A stretch of DNA of 59,242 bases, counting the filler, from Diploschistes diacapsis (taxonomy: Eukaryota), in assembly GCA_023645945.1 (NCBI GenBank). It is 6 parts of 6 records of this genome, joined end to end, with 100 filler letters (N's around TTAATTAATTAA, not from the genome) between each part and the next. Parts side by side here need not be neighbours in the genome. Positions count along the whole stretch, not along the records: positions 29,708 to 39,493 come from JALAIB010000995.1; positions 39,594 to 49,368 come from JALAIB010000996.1; 4 more parts are not named here. One strand, written 5' to 3'. Numbering within the stretch: position 1 is the stretch's first letter; each line of letters begins with the position of its first letter. The position numbers and the translations under genes were made by a program. Positions 36,839 to 47,075 of the stretch are shown here, one piece after another. The notes under the pieces were generated by a model that was given only the letters and a program-made list of their open reading frames with translations, did not search any database and was not told where the DNA came from.

Positions 36839-38255
36839 ATGCGTCTCACCATCCCCCTCGCCATGGCCTCGACGGCTTCGGCAGCTGCCCTCAAGGGCTT
36901 CAATTACGGAGCTACTCACACTGACAACTCGCCAATGGTTCAGTCGGATTTCCAAACACTCTTCCAGAATGCACAGAACCTCCCTGGTGCCTCGGGCTTC
37001 ACGAGTGCCAGGTTGTACACGACCATTGTAAGGTGGAACCCATGCATAGAGAATGACAACCGGCTTACACGTCTTCCAGCAAGCTGGCACCGCTTCCGAT
37101 TTCACTCAGGCCATTCCGGCCGCCATCGCCACCAAGACCCAGCTGCTCTTGGGAATGTGGGCTTCATCCGGTCAGACCACCATCACCAACGAGCTCAATG
37201 CTCTCAAGGCTGCTGTTCAGCAATACGGTTCCTCTTTCACAAATCTGATCGTTGGTATCTCGGTCGGAAGCGAGGATCTTTACCGTGACTCCGTTCTTGG
37301 TGTCCAGGCCAATGCCGGTGTTGGTGCCGACCCCAGTGTCGTTGCCAACTACATTACCCAGGTCAAGTCCAGCCTTTCCGGCATCGGTGTCAGCGCCCCG
37401 GTTGGTCACGTCGACACTTGGACTGCATGGGTCAACAGCTCCGTCAGTGCCGTTACCCAGGCTTCTGACTTTATCGGAATGGACGCCTACCCATATTTCC
37501 AAAGCACCATGGCCAACGGCATCAGCGTGAACAAGGAGCTTTTCGATTCTGCGTACGCTCAGACCAAGGCTGCTGTCGGAGGCAAGCCCGTCTGGGTTAC
37601 CGAGACTGGTTTCCCTGTGAGCGGTCCTCAGTCCAACCAGGCTACCCCCAGCCCTCAGAACGCCAAGACATACTGGGACCAGGTTGGCTGCGGTGAGCTC
37701 TTCGGCCAGATCAATACCTTCTGGTACACTCTCCAAGACGCTCTCCCAACCACGCCTTCTCCCAGTTTCGGTGTGGTTGCCAGCGGTACCACCCTCCTTT
37801 TCGACTTGAGCTGCTCCAACATCACTACATCGTAAGTGTGCTCATATCCACTGATATTCGGCTAGAGTCTATTCGGAACCTAACCAATCTCTAGCGCAAT
37901 TCCTACTAGCACCGGCTCTCTCACCGCTGGATCAACCGCTACCGCTACCGATGCAGGTAGCCCCGGTATCTCTGGCCACAGCATCCCAGGTGCTTCTGGC
38001 ACTGCTGGCTCCGGCTCTGGTTCCGGCTCCGGCTCCAATACCTATACCGTTGTGACCTACACCAACTCCGCTGGCGTTACCATGGCCACCTCCATGGCGC
38101 TCTCGAATGGTACCTCAGCCCCGACCGTTGGTACCCCAGTTGCTCCTACCGCCACGAACAGCATTAGTACCGTGCCATCTGGTGCGGCTGTTGCCAACAC
38201 TGGATCCTTCTTCGGTGCCATCGGTGCTGCTCTCGCAGTCGCTGCCGCCTTGTAA
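36839..38255 (+). CDS. eglC: GPI-anchored GH17 endo-1,3-beta-glucanase EglC, 3 exons
   Basis: Signal peptide, [38 protein letters not shown] and [11 protein letters not shown]-rich stalk and a hydrophobic GPI tail. Confidence 0.92.
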
Positions 38256-39247
38256 AAAGCAAATGTATGGTGACTGAGAAGGTGGGGGGCGAAAGCGGAA
38301 CAGATATATCTTCCAAGAAATGGGTATATTTCCTTGGGAAACATGAATCAGTCTAGGGCATATGAAGCGGCATCGTTTTTTTTTTGGACGGATAGATCAT
38401 TCTAATTCTTGTTTGCACGTTTGAATAGCCACCTCTATCATTCTTCGTCAAAACGTGACCTGATCCGCGAAGTGACCTTAGTTTTGCTGTGGCTTCTGAC
38501 ACTCCATGCAGATACCGATGGATGAACGACTTGCTCCGCTCTCTTGCCGACGTGACATAGCTTGGCCCAGATGAAGCTCGGTCCAGCACCTCACCGACGG
38601 CATCTGGAAACTTCCTCCAAACACGTTTGAAGCCTTGGCCTATTTAGACCGTTGTAGTACACTGGCTGCTTATGGCCGGGCCATATATGTGGCAGTATCC
38701 CAGCCGCTTTTTAATCGTTGTTGATTCGAGTTGCGAAGGCACTAGCGGGCTGACATGGTTAAGAAGCGCAATTCAAGAGATCCAACCCTCATCTACATGA
38801 CCAGCATATGAGCTATCGGGGGTTAAAAGGCATGCCTTTACTATTATATATATATATATATATTTTTTTGGTTTCTTTCCTCGGTTTACTCTCTCTCCCC
38901 GCAGCTTAAAACCAACACTCGATCGTATCACATTACACCGAGAAGTACAAACAACAACCCAGCACTGGTATCATACGACACACCCAGCAACGAGTCTTGA
39001 GAGCTGACACGTCCTCCATCTCCCTCCTTTTCTCCCCCCCCCCCAAAGGGTGTTTCCAGTCGAAGAATCTAGTGTTTGACCATTTAGTTGCATGGGCGAG
39101 ATGGGGGGGTGGAGCGAATAGGCGGCGGCAGGCAGCCGGTGAGCTGCTGGGGCAGGGACAAGTGAAAGGGAGGGGAGATTTATCTGGGAATAGCTAGCTG
39201 TGCAACTCGGGCGTTCAGAAGCCCTGCGATTCCAAGGCCAATGTGAA

Positions 39248-39251
39248 AGAG

Positions 39252-39296
<45 letters not shown>

Positions 39297-39312
39297 TGTG
39301 TGTGTGTGTGTG
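39248..39312. repeat. Compound (GA)n(GT)n microsatellite
   Basis: Directly visible dinucleotide runs. Confidence 0.95.
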
Positions 39313-39493
39313 GGTAGTCAAGGAGGAAAGGGGGGCTGGGTTTTTGCCTTGCATGGAGTCGAGCACAGCTTGCCCCCCACCCCGGCCACCAGTGAACCAG
39401 GATCGACGGCAATGCAAGTTCGTTGATGGGACATGGTCGAATCACAACAACATCGCATTAAGAGCTAGGAATTCGGAAGCCCCAGGAGCAAAC

Positions 39494-39593
39494 NNNNNNN
39501 NNNNNNNNNNNNNNNNNNNNNNNNNNNNNNNNNNNNNTTAATTAATTAANNNNNNNNNNNNNNNNNNNNNNNNNNNNNNNNNNNNNNNNNNNN
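39494..39593. other. Artificial contig linker
   Basis: N44-TTAATTAATTAA-N44. Confidence 0.98.
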
Positions 39594-40393
39594 CATAGTC
39601 AAAAACAGAAAATTTTCAACCATGATTTGTTGTTGGTAAAATGGACAAAGTCAATAAAAATTATGTTTTTTTAATACAATTTTATTATGCCAATTTTTAT
39701 ACTGGTCAATTGAAACCATGCAAAAATAGTGGAATATTTGATTGGAAGCAAGATACTTTTATTCAAGTAACAGCTCTTCTCAACTTTTGTTGTTTTTAGA
39801 AGATAATACTCTGATTAAAAAGTTCTGCTACTGCTTGATGGTAAATGTGAAGTCAACCTATTGATTGCAAAGGCCATGTGAAGAAGTCAGGATACACCAA
39901 ATCTTACAGTATGTGGAGAAAAGAGGAATAAAGATTGTCACCAAACTGATGCATTTCTTACTGGAAAAGGTATTGGCGACACTTTCTTTGGCTATCTTCC
40001 TTTACCTGTACCTGTTGGAAGTGTCCAAGTCAGTAGCAACAATGTAACAATGCCTTGCACCATTCATAATGGGGCATGGCCTAGATTGGAAGACATGCCC
40101 ACCAACCAAATTCTAGATGCAGGCAAAATGCGCAGTTTTCAGGAGTTTCGAAAACCGAGCTGGCGGGGCTGATGTAAGAGTTATGAGAACTAGACAAAAT
40201 TTCATTTCATTTGTATTGAGCTGGCTTTTTTGTGGTTGGTCGTCACAGTCCGAGATTGTGATTGAATCATCATGATCATCACGAGATTGAATCTACAAAA
40301 GGCAAGAAAAATCTTTTGAATCTTATCACCACTTATGATTTGAAACAGAAATGCATATAAGACATCACAGGCAGGACAGGGTATACTCACGAC

Positions 40394-41728
40394 ATGACAG
40401 ACACTCACGACTCGTTGGTCCAAACACCTGCAGAAACCACTGATTCAACTTGTCATCGATGTCACCACACCTTTCAATCCCCATCAAAACTCAAAAAACA
40501 TCAAACAGACACCAAGAACCCATGCAAGCACGTCGTCAAGGACCATACTTGTGAACACTGCCATGCTTCATTTGAAAGCGAGAAGAGTCTGCAAAGGCAC
40601 CTGCAGCGCAACCAAGGCGTTTGTGTATTGATACAGGAGCTAAAGGCTATGCACAAGAGGGAGTTAGATCAAGTGCACCAAGAGATGGCCGTGCACAAGG
40701 AAGAGCTGGGCAAAGTACAGCAAGAGCTAGGTCTTGCCGCTACAACCGTCCTTGATTTGCAAAATAGACTCAAAGCTGCAACAAGTACCCCAGAAGCTGT
40801 ATCAGAAGCTGCTGAACGGCGGCTGATGCAGAAGCTGATAGACATTGAGCAGAAGGTGACCGATGTTGGCAAAAGCTGGGACATCAAAGCGGCTGTGTGT
40901 CCAGAGACTCATGTGCATACTGCTTTCACAACTTCTGACACGTTTGCTGAATCCTGCGAGTTGTCTATTCCAACAAAGGATGCAACCGTTGATGTCAACG
41001 ACTTCAGGAGCTTGATGAACGTGCCTGGCATTGACGGCCACAGTAATCCAAAGCCTCACCATCTAGAGGATGGTGCTGAAATCGCACGAGCTCAACAAAC
41101 AGCGCATGGGCAAGTTGCCTTTGAAAATGCCAATCTTTTGCTGTCAGCTGAATGCAGAACTGAGACATTAGCAAGTACCACAAGGTTGCAGAGGCAGTCA
41201 ATCCGTGCACACTTTTCTCATAACAAGTTTAAGCAAGAAGACTGTGACTGGACCAATCATGACTGCAAAAAGGTCATGAAGATGTTGGGTATCAAACAAT
41301 GCAAAAAGGAGCCTTGGTTGCCAGACAACTGTGTTTTTGTCAACTTGCTCAAGGAAATTCATTGCAACAAAGACTGTCCCCAGAACTGGAACTTTCTGTT
41401 GCCCTCCATTCAAAGCCCTGTTGTTTGGGTTTCCAATGGCAAGGCCTTCAACAAGAAGGCAACTGGCCGCATGATGTATCAAATGATTGGCCAGCTTGCA
41501 TTACATTTGGGCAGCCTTGAAGACAAGCTTCATGAAGGTATGAAGACCGATGTCATGAACAATATAGAGGGCTACACAGACTACTTTAGGCGATGGGAAG
41601 ATATTGCCAATGCTGAGAGTTGTGAAGGCTTTGAGTCTGAGTTCAACGCCCTGTCAATGCACATCAAGGATGTTCTCTACAAGCACTTTCTGTTTATTGA
41701 GGGTCGCAAGCTAATTGGAGGCCATTGA
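40394..41728 (+). CDS. C2H2 zinc-finger/coiled-coil protein with giant-virus-like C-terminal domain
   Basis: Two fingers, CHRCHHTFQSPSKLKKHQ...C and CEHCHASFESEKSLQRHL...C, then a coiled coil. C-terminal NKFKQED...LLKEIHCNKDCPQNWNF resembles the NxFGxE...IHFNxxxPENHNI pattern I recall from NCLDV proteins. Confidence 0.75.
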   Translation: MTDTHDSLVQTPAETTDSTCHRCHHTFQSPSKLKKHQTDTKNPCKHVVKDHTCEHCHASFESEKSLQRHLQRNQGVCVLIQELKAMHKRELDQVHQEMAVHKEELGKVQQELGLAATTVLDLQNRLKAATSTPEAVSEAAERRLMQKLIDIEQKVTDVGKSWDIKAAVCPETHVHTAFTTSDTFAESCELSIPTKDATVDVNDFRSLMNVPGIDGHSNPKPHHLEDGAEIARAQQTAHGQVAFENANLLLSAECRTETLASTTRLQRQSIRAHFSHNKFKQEDCDWTNHDCKKVMKMLGIKQCKKEPWLPDNCVFVNLLKEIHCNKDCPQNWNFLLPSIQSPVVWVSNGKAFNKKATGRMMYQMIGQLALHLGSLEDKLHEGMKTDVMNNIEGYTDYFRRWEDIANAESCEGFESEFNALSMHIKDVLYKHFLFIEGRKLIGGH

Positions 41729-42316
41729 CTGGGTGTGCTGAGCAAAGCAAAGGGAGCTGTTCTGAGTGCACGCAAATCCAAGGCAAGCATGTACATGACG
41801 TCTTTGAGCTAGCAAATGTATTTGACTACAATTTGATCACAGAAATGCATGGGTATCAAAGTTGTATCATTACATCAAGAACAAATGTCGGAATTGTGCT
41901 CAAAATGCATATAGCAGATGCTGTTAAAGCACCTATCATCATTTCGTGCAAATCGGTTAATGAGTTAATTCACCAACATGCTAATCAAATGTTGTAAACC
42001 CTTCACGACATTCATGCCAGCGACAATGCCTCAACTTTTGTTCAGTCTTTCGGATATCCCATCAGTTGCTCCGGCTTGTCCAAGCGCCTCCATATTATAT
42101 ATCTATATTGACTAGAATAGCTCCAATGCTTCAATGCTCAAAATGTGATAAGCTAATTCACCCAGAGTGTCTACAAATACCCATTTCTGAGTTTACCGAG
42201 CACAGCCATATAGGCCGCAGGTGTCCAAGGCCGGCATGCAGTGTCTTGGGCATCGCAGGGTTGTTGCAAGGGTACATTCAGCGTGACGATGATGCCCACC
42301 AGCATTGGCAGAGTGC

Positions 42317-44440
42317 CTAGCCGATTGATAAGCCTCCAAAAGGCCCCTCACGAATGTTGCATTGAGTTGCAGCAATGTATATGTTGACGGCTGCTTTCTT
42401 ACCATGCGAATGAAACGGCAGTCGTCCCCGGCTACATTTTATTTTTTGATCGACCACGAACATCAATTTGATGTTATATGCATTACAGAGCAATTCTACG
42501 TCGTCTTCACACAAAGGTAGCCTCTCTTGGCTCAAGCAGAATGCCTTGAGGGCCAGCCATGAGCTTACTATTATATTTTTTGTGTCCTGTTCCAGAATCA
42601 CGTTTGAAGCCTGATCCGTCTTGGCATGGTCCTGCAACACTGCCGCCAGATGCTGTACCCGTTGCTTGACTGCGTTGTCCACAGCACAGCACGGCTCAAA
42701 GAACTTTGTGACACCTCCATTCGCTTGCAGCAAATGGCGGATGACAGCATCCACTGTAGTATTGTTGCGTAGGTTGATGTCCTGAAATAGGCGTCGAATC
42801 ATATCACCACGAAAAACCTTGCGGATCCTGTCAGTTCTGTCTTGGCGCAAAATCCTAGTTTTCAACATACTAGAACACACCGCAAAAACGAACTGATCAT
42901 GCCCAGGAGGTACCTCGAATCTAATAGCTTGTTGAAGCTTGCTGTCAGAGCAGACTGTGTTTTTGAAAGTCTTCAGACATTGCTCGATAGTTTCACGCAG
43001 CCTGATCAATCCTTCCAGTTCAGTTTCACCAACGCTCTCTTTGTCATCGCCAAGCGCCTTGAGAGCTTCTTGCTGGACCTGACGCAAAGACTTATGTTGC
43101 GCGACCTTCAACATTTCGTCGATTTCTGAGTTGGTGTAGTTCTCTAGCTGTAGCTGACGACGTTGTCTCTGACTCTCACTGAGCTCTGTCAACAGTTTTC
43201 TGCGTTGATCAGCCTCTTGCTTTTGCTGTGGCGATCTGTCGCTGTCTAAGTTTACCAGTCGTGGCTCTCCTATCTGCGTCACAACCCATCCATCTGCTGC
43301 ATCCTCACCAACCTTTTTGGGAGGCCTTACGGAAAACATTTTGTGGCGTTTTTGATCCTCCGCAAGGACAAGCTCCCACTCCTTATAGCGCTTTTGCGGC
43401 CGTCGGTGAGGGCTATCCTTGCAATTGACTTTGTATCTAAAGCCTATCGGGTGCGGCCCCGACGGCTCCTTGCCGTTCATGTTGACATGGTAATCTCCTC
43501 CCACAACTGTGCAGACTTGGCGTGAAAAGTTGATACCCTCCTTGCTGAATCTATCTTTGGGCATGGCCACCCTCACCTGGTCTCCAACGTGGAATCGGGA
43601 CTTTCGCATTAAGTTGTCGTTGTACATCCCATCTTCATGTTGCTTGCGCAAATAGAATTGCTTGTGACAGTCCCCTTGAAACACTTCGTTGGGTGACCAG
43701 TATTTTCGCTTGCTTTTGGTGCTGCCATCCACACCCTCTTCCCAAGTGAACAGAGACCTGTGTTGCCTTTTATTGTACCAGTCAATAACGTCTTGTAGGT
43801 ATAAACTCCACTTGCCATCAGCGGTTTCTGTCATGTATCTGGCGAGCAGCATCTTGATGGACCTTACAGCTCTGTCAAGAATGCCTAGCTTGTTACCCCT
43901 AGTCTGGTGCTCATCCTCAGATATGAAGTTGTACATTTTGATGGATGCCCCTTGTTCCTGCTCATCCCTTCCTTGCATGTATGCCCCACGCCCATGCGTG
44001 CGATTGAATCTGTGGAAAATTTGGTTGTCAAACTGATCATCAGCAGTCACAGCGCCTGGGGAAGCCTTGTTGGGAACCAAATCCTCCTCAATGATGTTGG
44101 AATATTGTGCCTTGAGGTCATCTCCGGTCGCGCCCCTTTGCGCAGACTTTGGGAACAAAACACGAACAAAAGCCTTACGGCTCACTACATCTATCATCAA
44201 CAGAAATTGATAGCAGTTTTTATTTAGAGCCTTCAGCTCGTTGGGCATCTGTATGACATCCATTTGATAGGAAAACTCTGTCTGTGGGACTATTCTGAAG
44301 AATCTTGCAGGTCGCACATTGGTGCTGTGGTGTAGCTGATTCACTTCAAAATGTTGATAATGGGCAGGGTTGCTGAGCACTTCATTGGCAGCTCGATATG
44401 CGTCATGTCGATTAGTCATTGACTTGTACTGACAGCTCAT
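42317..44440 (-). CDS. Retroviral-like (rve) integrase of Polinton/Maverick/virophage type with long C-terminal extension
   Basis: YQMD(61), FLLMIDVVSRKAFV, VTAD(134), KLGILD(189)RAVRSIK, W..YLQDVIDWYNKRQHRSL, SP.EV, SH3-like FHVGDQVRV...KDRFSKEG..FS and YKEWEL. Intact 707-aa ORF. Confidence 0.85.
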   Translation of the reverse strand: MSCQYKSMTNRHDAYRAANEVLSNPAHYQHFEVNQLHHSTNVRPARFFRIVPQTEFSYQMDVIQMPNELKALNKNCYQFLLMIDVVSRKAFVRVLFPKSAQRGATGDDLKAQYSNIIEEDLVPNKASPGAVTADDQFDNQIFHRFNRTHGRGAYMQGRDEQEQGASIKMYNFISEDEHQTRGNKLGILDRAVRSIKMLLARYMTETADGKWSLYLQDVIDWYNKRQHRSLFTWEEGVDGSTKSKRKYWSPNEVFQGDCHKQFYLRKQHEDGMYNDNLMRKSRFHVGDQVRVAMPKDRFSKEGINFSRQVCTVVGGDYHVNMNGKEPSGPHPIGFRYKVNCKDSPHRRPQKRYKEWELVLAEDQKRHKMFSVRPPKKVGEDAADGWVVTQIGEPRLVNLDSDRSPQQKQEADQRRKLLTELSESQRQRRQLQLENYTNSEIDEMLKVAQHKSLRQVQQEALKALGDDKESVGETELEGLIRLRETIEQCLKTFKNTVCSDSKLQQAIRFEVPPGHDQFVFAVCSSMLKTRILRQDRTDRIRKVFRGDMIRRLFQDINLRNNTTVDAVIRHLLQANGGVTKFFEPCCAVDNAVKQRVQHLAAVLQDHAKTDQASNVILEQDTKNIIVSSWLALKAFCLSQERLPLCEDDVELLCNAYNIKLMFVVDQKIKCSRGRLPFHSHGKKAAVNIYIAATQCNIREGPFGGLSIG

Positions 44441-44559
44441 TTTAAATGCTGTGGTAGTTGTGATACAACCTGTAGGGGATAGTTCTAGGTATAGCTTGCT
44501 GTGCTCACAGATGTCTATATTTCACCCTACACACCTAGTCAGCATGTATGATGGCACAT

Positions 44560-46080
44560 TAGCAAGCCTGTGTCCGCAGACTATTGGTTGACATAGTCTG
44601 TGAAAACAATTCTGTGGGCTGCATGCCAAGTTTAAGCTGGGACCAAATGTCAAGTCCACTGTGCTTGAGTGACGCTCTATTTCACCATGCAGACAGAATG
44701 GAACAGGTGTGAGCTCCAGTCTGCGATTATGCTACCTGGTGGTCAGACAGTGCATGTGCCCCTGTGATTGATAGACACAATCCGCACAGATAAGTCTCTG
44801 GGATGTGCGTCTAGTTCAGCTGTGAGCTCATAGCTGCAGACCGCTGCTGAACTCGGTCTAAAACAAGATTCTTTGACTGCGCATCAATTTCGAATGTTAG
44901 TCACTTTGTCCGTTCCACTGCACAAATATAGGATTGGAGTGGTTCAGCTGTTAGCTCTTGTCAGCTGCAGTCCGCAAAAATCATTTGCTGGGCTGTACAT
45001 CAAGTTCAATGCACTGCTGCTTGTTGAGAGTCTGAACAAGTCTCTTTCTGAGGTGTACATCATGTTGAGGCTGTGAGCACATATCAAGCTCACAGCATAT
45101 CAATTACTTCTTCTGTTCAGCGTTCAATGTGGTTCAGCTGTGAGCTCATCTCTGCAAGCTGTTCCTTGACGCAGTCCGCAGAAGTCAGTCACTGGGCTGT
45201 ACATTACGTTCCAGCACATAGCTTGGTGAAGCTGTCAGCTCATTTCTGCAGGCTGTTGCCTGTCACAGTCCACACAAGTAAGTCTCTAAACTGTACATCC
45301 ACATCAAGCTGTGAGCACGTGTGAAAATGACAGTTTATCAGTCGGATTGTTTCTGCTTAGCGGTAGTCAGCACTACAGCATTCATTGGGGACATCAGCAT
45401 TGAGTACGCTCCAGCTGTGAGCTCATCCCAGACTATTGCTTGACACACTCCGCAGAAATGACTGCCTGGGCTGTGGATCCAGTTCCAGCATCAAGAGTGT
45501 ATGCTCATTTCTGCAGACTGTTGCTTGTCATAGTCCGCACAAGTCAGCCTCTGGGCTGTACATCATGTCAAACTGACAGTCTCTCAGTCATTGTTCTTGT
45601 CTAGCCGTAGTCAGCACTACAGCATTCATTGGGGACATTAGCGTTGAGTATGCTCAGCTGTGAGCTCATCTCTGCAGACTATCGCTTGACACAGTCCGCA
45701 GAAATGATCTTCTGGGCTGTACACCATGTTGAAGCTGAGAGCACATGTCAAGCTGACAGTGTCTTAGTCATTGTTCTTGTTTAGCCGTAGTCACCTCATT
45801 GGGGACATCAGCGTCGAGTATAGCTGTGAGCTCCTCTCTGCAGACTGTTGCTTGACACAGTTTGCAGAAATGACTGCCTAGGCTGGAAATCATCATGAAT
45901 GTCAGCTCATTTCTGCAAACTGTTGCTTGTCACCGTCCGCACAAGTGAGTCTCTGGGCTGTACTGTATACTAGCCACTGTATCTGTTTTGCCATAGTCAG
46001 CAGTAGAAACATTGATTCCCTTGGTTGTAAGTCAAGTTCTAGCATTTAGCATGGTTCAGCTGTCACAGTCCGCACAAACC
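44560..46080. repeat. Degenerate higher-order tandem repeat array (~70-bp A/B units plus repeated spacer)
   Basis: Core AGCTGTSAGCTCATYTCTGCAGACTGTTGCTTGWCACAGTCCGCASAA...CTGGGCTGTACATC starting near 45136, 45230, 45413, 45501, 45656, 45822 and 45901. Degenerate copies lie near 44570, 44770, 44818, 44946 and 46058. Confidence 0.88.
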
Positions 46081-46987
46081 TCTGTGAAGTCTTTTTGCAT
46101 GTTGCTTAATCTCACTAACTATGATGTGCCATGCACCTCAGCTTTGTGCCGCTTTGTAGCCGGTTTTGCATCCTCCAAAATGTGGCTTTGATATCCTCTG
46201 TGGTGCTTTCTAGGACTGCTGACAGATTAGCCAAGTCCTCCAAGATGTCCAAACACTCAATGAAATGCTCAGACGGTTTCTGGCTCATCGAAGTCCGTGC
46301 ACCTTTTGCAGAGCAATTCCTGCAGTCCGCCTTCTACTGGGACCTGTATCCATGCGGCGATCTTTTGACGATGAGCAACACCATATAGATGCAGATCCCC
46401 GTCTTTGATAATCCACATTTTGGCGTTATGGCAAGTTCATGTTGAGGTGCCAAAATGTGAAAGATGCTAGCAAGGTGTCAGCTGGATCAGACAGGCAGCA
46501 GCCCAAGTGCTTCTAGATTGTCTTGATGCAGTACTCCTGACATATCCCATTCCATCATTTGGGTATGGTTGGGCATTGAATGCTTATGTTTGTGTTCTTT
46601 GTGATCGCTGTTGTGTGTGCTGTGATCATCGTGCTTGCTGTGGTCATTGACGACATTTACACTGTGTAACACAGCTGATGAGTTTGATATAGTTACTGAC
46701 CTTGTTGTTCCGCAGTTGTGTTACAAACAGCTATTGTGGATACAAAGTCAGAAATGTACCATTGCGAGGGTACTACGGGCGCTGGGCACTTCTCTTTCTT
46801 CTCCATCTAATGTTGTTTGTTTACAAATTCATTCTGATTTGTTTTGACCTAATTTGCGGTGCGTGGCTCAAGGCGTAGGGTTCTGTGCAAATCGATGACA
46901 GCTCAATGTCAACACCTACAATGTTTGATCTGGTGACATGTGTACAATCAGCTTGCTTCAAAAATGAAGACTGTCTGCTTGGCTGCA

Positions 46988-47075
46988 GTCTGTCAGCTCA
47001 GCTGCAACATGTCAGCTCAGCTGCGACATGTCAACTCAGCTCTCAGCTCAGATGCTACTGGTCAGCTCAGCTGCA
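46988..47075. repeat. Short ~19-bp tandem repeat (TGTCAGCTCAGCTGCRACA)
   Basis: tgtcagctcagctgcaaca-tgtcagctcagctgcgaca-tgtcaactcagct... followed by decayed copies. Confidence 0.75.

Noticed and set aside
42317..44440. LTR retrotransposon integrase
   Set aside because: No gag, protease, RT/RNase H or LTRs are visible. It is a stand-alone ORF with a Polinton-type tail.
44560..46080. CRISPR array
   Set aside because: Units are ~70 bp and degenerate, the intervening sequences are themselves repeated rather than unique, and there are no cas genes.
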